Positions 59,315-64,000 of a stretch of DNA of 64,000 nt are shown here, piece after piece (positions within the stretch are counted from its first letter, which is position 1; each line of letters opens with the position of its first letter). The DNA is from a virus. The notes under the pieces are model-generated. The model saw only the letters and a list, made by a program, of their open reading frames with translations. It was not told where the DNA came from and ran no database searches. The translations under genes were made by a program, and so were the position numbers. The stretch is from the IMG/VR virus record IMGVR_UViG_3300032373_000004, positions 6,109 through 70,108 of that record. The stretch is one strand, 5' to 3'.

Positions 59315-62166
59315 GTGCTCAAATCGAATCAGGATTAGATACAGTTTTAGAAGGTCTTAATTATGATATAGGAATTGATTATATGATTAGAGATTCTAAT
59401 GAATATAAAAACTATATTGGTTATAATATAATAACTTCTACTTTAAAATCTAAATTTAAAGGTAAACTTGAAAAAGTAAGTGATAAAGGAATAACGATTT
59501 CATATTATATTAAGAAAGATAAAGAAAGAGTTAATAAAAAAATAACTTTATCTTTTTCAAAAGTTTTAGAATCTAGGGTTTATGAGGAAGATTCAGATTT
59601 ATTAGAGGCTGATAAAATGAAAGCTATTATTGATTCTAAAATATCTTCGTTTAGTTTAGCAAAGCAAATGTTAAATAAGTGGGTATCATCTCCTAACTCA
59701 CCTACTGAGAAAAAACAAAGATATTATATTGAAGAAATTATTAAGTCAGGTGAGAAAGCTTTATCTTTTCTTAGGGAAACTTTAGCACATGATATTGATT
59801 ATGATGAAATTGAAAAACATAAAATTAGCGCAGCTATTAAAGCTAAGCCTATAATATTAAATGGGATATTTGAGTTAGATGCTAATTTAATAGAACTAAG
59901 GAATAAATTAGAGGCTAACGATTTAAGTTTATCTGAAAGAGAATTTACTTTAGGTTATCCTGAATTATACGCTAAAGGTAAGTTTATAAATAGAGACCAT
60001 TATTATAAGAAAGTATTAAATAATAATGGAGCTGTTATTATAGACCCTTTTTCTACAGAAGGTAAGAAAATAACATTAGATGATTTAGACATAATACTTC
60101 CAAAAATACCTAATAAATCAGATATATTATTTAATGATTTACCTAAATCCAAACAATTTTGGAAACGACCAGATATTCCAAATATAACTATATCTAATAT
60201 AGATAACCATAAAGATTTTATTATACGTGAGTTTAAAAGACGTATAGAAGGTGTATGGTTTTATAATAATGGTGTACCTACATATCTTACAGGAAATCAT
60301 TATTTTGCTTTAGTTTATGGTAAAATGTTAGATAATGGAGGTTATATGGATTACAGAGAGGCTCAAAGAGACCTTTTTTATTTCATGGAAGCTTGTCTAG
60401 TTGATTATAGAAGTTTAGGTATGCTTTTTGGAAAAAGTCGTAGGACAGGGTTTACATACGCAGCCATTATGGCTATTTTAAACTTTGCTACAATGACTGC
60501 AAATGCTAAAAATGGTCTAATGAGTAAATCAGGTACTGATGGTGGAGAGGCTTTTGCTAAAATATCTTATGCTTTTTTAAATCTCCCTTTTTGGATAAGA
60601 CCTATTGTGAGAGGTAAATTAGACTCTCCTAAAGAATTATATTTCGGACAACCTTTTGATAATAGTAAAGAGAAAAAAAAGACTAAGAGTATCAATATGG
60701 ATGAGTACTTGAATACAAGTATGGATTGGAGAAATACTAAAAACGGTTCTTATGATTCTATTAAATTGAATAGATATCTTTTAGATGAAATTTTTAAAAT
60801 AGAGTCTCCTAATGATGTAGTAGTTCATTTATCAATGGTTACTCCTACAATGATGCCTAACGGAGATGTTGTAGGTAAAATGTTAGCTGGTAGTACTATG
60901 GGTGTCCATTCTAAGGGTGGTTTACAGGGAATTGAGCTTATTAATAACTCTAAAGTAACACTTAGAGACCCTGACACTGAAAAAACCCCTACAGGGCTTT
61001 ATTTTCACTTCTTACCTGCTCATAAAAACATGGAAGCTTTTACTGATAAATACGGTAAATGTTGGGATAAACCACTGACTAAAAAAATATTAAATGTTAA
61101 AGGTAAACCTATTAAGATGATGGGAGCTGAACAGTATTTAATAGCTATAGAACAGCAGAAGAAAAAACAAAGTGATAAAGCGTATAATGAACAGATAAGA
61201 ACATATCCTAGAACATTAGAGCACATGATGAGAGATGATTCTACAGAAAGTGTTTTTAATATGGAAAAATTATTAGAGCAATCTGAATATAACGCTAAAA
61301 TACCAGAAGAATCGAGATATACAGTAGGTAATTTCGATTGGGTAGACGGAGTTGAAGATGGTGATGTAGTATTTAATCCAAATTCAAAAGGTAGATTTAA
61401 AGTATCTTGGATGCCCTCTATAATTGATGGTACAGAAGGTTTGGCTAACAGGGTTAGAGAAGTCAATGGTAAATTTTTTCCATTAAATAAACAATGTGTT
61501 AGAATTGGGGTTGACCCATTTTCTTTAAAGAGTACACATGGTGAAGGGTCTAAAGGGGCTGCTCATGGATTAACTATTATTTTTCCAGAAGGAGGTGCTC
61601 CTTCAAATAAATTTGTATTTGAATATTTAGCTAGACCTTCCGATGAAACAATTTTCTTCGAAGATATGATTAAGGTTATGAGGTATTATGGTGCTCCAGT
61701 ATTAGTTGAGAGCAATCGTATTGATTTGCTTCGTCATATGAGAAATAGGGGTTATAGAGGGTTTGCTATGGATAGATTAGATAGACCTAAACATAAATTG
61801 AATCCTAATGAAATAGAATATGGAGGACAAGTTATGTCAGGTAAAGATATTTTAGATTCACATATGAACGCTATAGGTGCTTGGATTGAAAAATATATAG
61901 GTGTTTATACAAATGAATTAGAGAAATTAAGACCAATTGGTGAAATGGGTGATATGCCGTTTAATAATACACTTAAAGATTGGTTAGGTTTTGACCCAGA
62001 TGATAGAACTAAGTTTGATGCTACAATATCTAGCGGTTTAGCTGTAATGGCTTGTCAGACTGAAAAATATAAAGGTAAAAGAATAAAAAAAGACCGAACT
62101 AAAATTGTATTACCTTTGTTGAGAACATATTCGAACAAAAGTAATTTAAGCGGTTCTATAGGATAA
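59302..62166 (+). CDS. terminase large subunit-like protein with about 370-aa N-terminal extension
   Basis: Walker A-like LFGKSRRTGFTYAAIMAI, Walker B-like YLLDEIF, nuclease-domain motif RIGVDPFSLKS, followed by probable portal gene. Confidence 0.55.
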   Translation: MEGLSAQIESGLDTVLEGLNYDIGIDYMIRDSNEYKNYIGYNIITSTLKSKFKGKLEKVSDKGITISYYIKKDKERVNKKITLSFSKVLESRVYEEDSDLLEADKMKAIIDSKISSFSLAKQMLNKWVSSPNSPTEKKQRYYIEEIIKSGEKALSFLRETLAHDIDYDEIEKHKISAAIKAKPIILNGIFELDANLIELRNKLEANDLSLSEREFTLGYPELYAKGKFINRDHYYKKVLNNNGAVIIDPFSTEGKKITLDDLDIILPKIPNKSDILFNDLPKSKQFWKRPDIPNITISNIDNHKDFIIREFKRRIEGVWFYNNGVPTYLTGNHYFALVYGKMLDNGGYMDYREAQRDLFYFMEACLVDYRSLGMLFGKSRRTGFTYAAIMAILNFATMTANAKNGLMSKSGTDGGEAFAKISYAFLNLPFWIRPIVRGKLDSPKELYFGQPFDNSKEKKKTKSINMDEYLNTSMDWRNTKNGSYDSIKLNRYLLDEIFKIESPNDVVVHLSMVTPTMMPNGDVVGKMLAGSTMGVHSKGGLQGIELINNSKVTLRDPDTEKTPTGLYFHFLPAHKNMEAFTDKYGKCWDKPLTKKILNVKGKPIKMMGAEQYLIAIEQQKKKQSDKAYNEQIRTYPRTLEHMMRDDSTESVFNMEKLLEQSEYNAKIPEESRYTVGNFDWVDGVEDGDVVFNPNSKGRFKVSWMPSIIDGTEGLANRVREVNGKFFPLNKQCVRIGVDPFSLKSTHGEGSKGAAHGLTIIFPEGGAPSNKFVFEYLARPSDETIFFEDMIKVMRYYGAPVLVESNRIDLLRHMRNRGYRGFAMDRLDRPKHKLNPNEIEYGGQVMSGKDILDSHMNAIGAWIEKYIGVYTNELEKLRPIGEMGDMPFNNTLKDWLGFDPDDRTKFDATISSGLAVMACQTEKYKGKRIKKDRTKIVLPLLRTYSNKSNLSGSIG

Positions 62167-62176
62167 AAAATAAGAT

Positions 62177-64000
62177 ATGAATTATAAATTAAAGAATAAA
62201 AAAACTGTTGTTCCTAGAAGCTTCCCTGACCATTTAGCATCGGATGAAGTTAAAAATAGTGATGAATTTGGGTTATCTATGGCAAAAGCTATAGAATCTG
62301 AATGGTTTCTTAGGGTTAATGATAACAGTTGTGCTTTTTATGACAAGAGAGATAAATATCATAATTTAAGATTATATGCTCGTGGAGAACAGTCTACTAA
62401 ATTGTATAAAGATTTACTTAATGGAGGAGATGATTCATCATATACTAATTATGATTGGAGACCTTTGCAAGTAGTACCTAAATTTGTTAAACTTATTGTT
62501 AATCAGATGACTGAAAGGCTATTTGATATAAAAGCAGAAGCTGTAGATAAATATTCAACGGATTTAAAAGATAGTTATAAGAAAAGTCTTGAAGATTTTT
62601 TAATATCGAAACCTATAATGCAAGAAGCTAAAGAATCATTAGGTATTGATATGTTCCCTAATGATTCTGAGGAATTTCCAGAAACACAGGAGGAGATAGA
62701 TTTACATATGGCTCTTAAATATAAACCAGCTATCGAAATAGCTACAGAAGAAGCCATTAAATACACTTTAGAAATGAGTAATTATGATGAAACTCAAAGT
62801 AGAGTTATCGAAGATATCGTTTCTATAGGGTTAGGTGCTATAAAACACACTACAGATAAAACAAAAGGTATTATTATTAAGTATGTTGACCCTTCTAATT
62901 TAATATACTCATATCCTGTCCATCGTAATTTTGAAGATGTACATTATTATGGTGAGGTGAGACGTATTACTATAAATGAATTAAAAAGAATATCTAATGG
63001 GGAATTTGATGATGAACAACTTAGGAAAATTGCTGAAAGCTCGTCAGATTGGACTAGATACCATGGTAATACGAATGAACAATCTCAAACACGTAGAGAT
63101 GAAGATTTAGGTGGTATGATGGTTAACATTATGGATTTTAACTTTAAATCTACTAATACTATATCATATAAGAAAAAATATAATAAAAACAACGGATTCA
63201 AAATGACTAAGAAAGAAAGTACTTTTGAAAAAAAGAATAAAGAATATTCAGGTTTCGACGTTGTTAAAAAAGTAATTGATGTTTGGTATGAAGGAACTTT
63301 AGTTCTAGGTACTGAGTATATGTTTAATTATGGATTATGTGAGAACATGGTTAGACCAAAAGGTTATTTGAATGAAACTATACCTAATTTTATTTTATAT
63401 GCTCCAGAGCTATATCAAAATAGAACTAGAAGTTTAGTTGAACGAATTATACCTTATGTTGACCAGATGCAGCAAATTCATATTAAACTACAGCAATTAA
63501 TTGCTAAATCTCGACCTAATGGAGTATATATTGATGTAGATGGATTAGAAGAAGTTGCCATGGGAGATGGTAGTTTCCTAACACCTTTAGAAGTTATTAA
63601 AATATATAATCAAACAGGTAATATATTAGGTACTTCTGTCACGGCAGAAGGTGATTATAATTACGGTAGAGAACCAATTAAGGAATTGAAAAATGGTGTT
63701 GTAGATGGATTAGATAGATTAATATCTACTTATAATCATTATTTAAATTTACTTAGGGATGCTATAGGTATTCCTCAAGGAGCTGATGCTAGTATGCCTC
63801 ATCCTGATACTTTAGTAGGGGTTCAAGAACAAGTGGTATTGAATTCTAATACTGCAACTAGACATATTTTAGATTCATCATTGAATATATCAGAGAGGTT
63901 AGGTAAAGGATTAGCATTAAGATTGAAAGATATCTTTAAATATTCTGATTTAAAGATGGCATATATTAATGCTATAGGTAAAATTAATTTCGAAGTACTT
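62177..64000 (+). CDS. putative portal protein (5' partial; runs off window)
   Basis: ATG at 62177, open to window end (more than 600 codons); position immediately after terminase-like gene. Confidence 0.4.
   Translation, partial: MNYKLKNKKTVVPRSFPDHLASDEVKNSDEFGLSMAKAIESEWFLRVNDNSCAFYDKRDKYHNLRLYARGEQSTKLYKDLLNGGDDSSYTNYDWRPLQVVPKFVKLIVNQMTERLFDIKAEAVDKYSTDLKDSYKKSLEDFLISKPIMQEAKESLGIDMFPNDSEEFPETQEEIDLHMALKYKPAIEIATEEAIKYTLEMSNYDETQSRVIEDIVSIGLGAIKHTTDKTKGIIIKYVDPSNLIYSYPVHRNFEDVHYYGEVRRITINELKRISNGEFDDEQLRKIAESSSDWTRYHGNTNEQSQTRRDEDLGGMMVNIMDFNFKSTNTISYKKKYNKNNGFKMTKKESTFEKKNKEYSGFDVVKKVIDVWYEGTLVLGTEYMFNYGLCENMVRPKGYLNETIPNFILYAPELYQNRTRSLVERIIPYVDQMQQIHIKLQQLIAKSRPNGVYIDVDGLEEVAMGDGSFLTPLEVIKIYNQTGNILGTSVTAEGDYNYGREPIKELKNGVVDGLDRLISTYNHYLNLLRDAIGIPQGADASMPHPDTLVGVQEQVVLNSNTATRHILDSSLNISERLGKGLALRLKDIFKYSDLKMAYINAIGKINFEVL

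Overview
Most likely a virulent phage of a Bacteroidetes (Flavobacteriia-like) host, in an AT-rich segment with dense ORFs. The host guess rests on the promoter motif TAnnTTTG, which recurs about 25-33 nt upstream of start codons. Left arm (+ strand, 1-8241): virion-type genes, including a 1965-aa giant protein. 8.3-14.6 kb: a large minus-strand tRNA array of about 20 genes or gene fragments, with an HNH endonuclease and a vWA protein embedded. 15-43 kb, all minus strand: a replication and nucleotide-metabolism module (family B DNA polymerase, AEP primase-helicase, DEDD exonucleases, class-II-like RNR, nucleotidase fusion, MazG-like, GroEL homolog); an NAD+ salvage/reconstitution pair (NAMPT-like plus PRPP-synthetase-like); a ParA-like ATPase, SpoT-like HD hydrolase and ParB-like-domain cluster; a secreted lytic transglycosylase; and a triple-repeat protein. 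43.2-45.8 kb: a largely ORF-free region (only three small minus-strand ORFs) carrying repeats and hairpins. It is followed by a small serine recombinase, small + strand genes, a second tRNA array of 6 genes on the + strand, tail-fiber-like structural genes, a lysis cassette (two membrane proteins plus an Amidase_3 endolysin), a terminase-like large protein and the start of a probable portal gene. The most unusual observation is at 12.69-13.4 kb, where several tRNA genes have perfectly complementary acceptor halves separated by 87-118 nt. The extra sequence is built from a short hairpin repeat family (TTTTGTAAGT-hairpin). One of these tRNAs carries anticodon UCA. All calls were made by hand from the sequence. 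tRNA coordinates are within a few nt, and anticodons are given only where a cloverleaf could be drawn.
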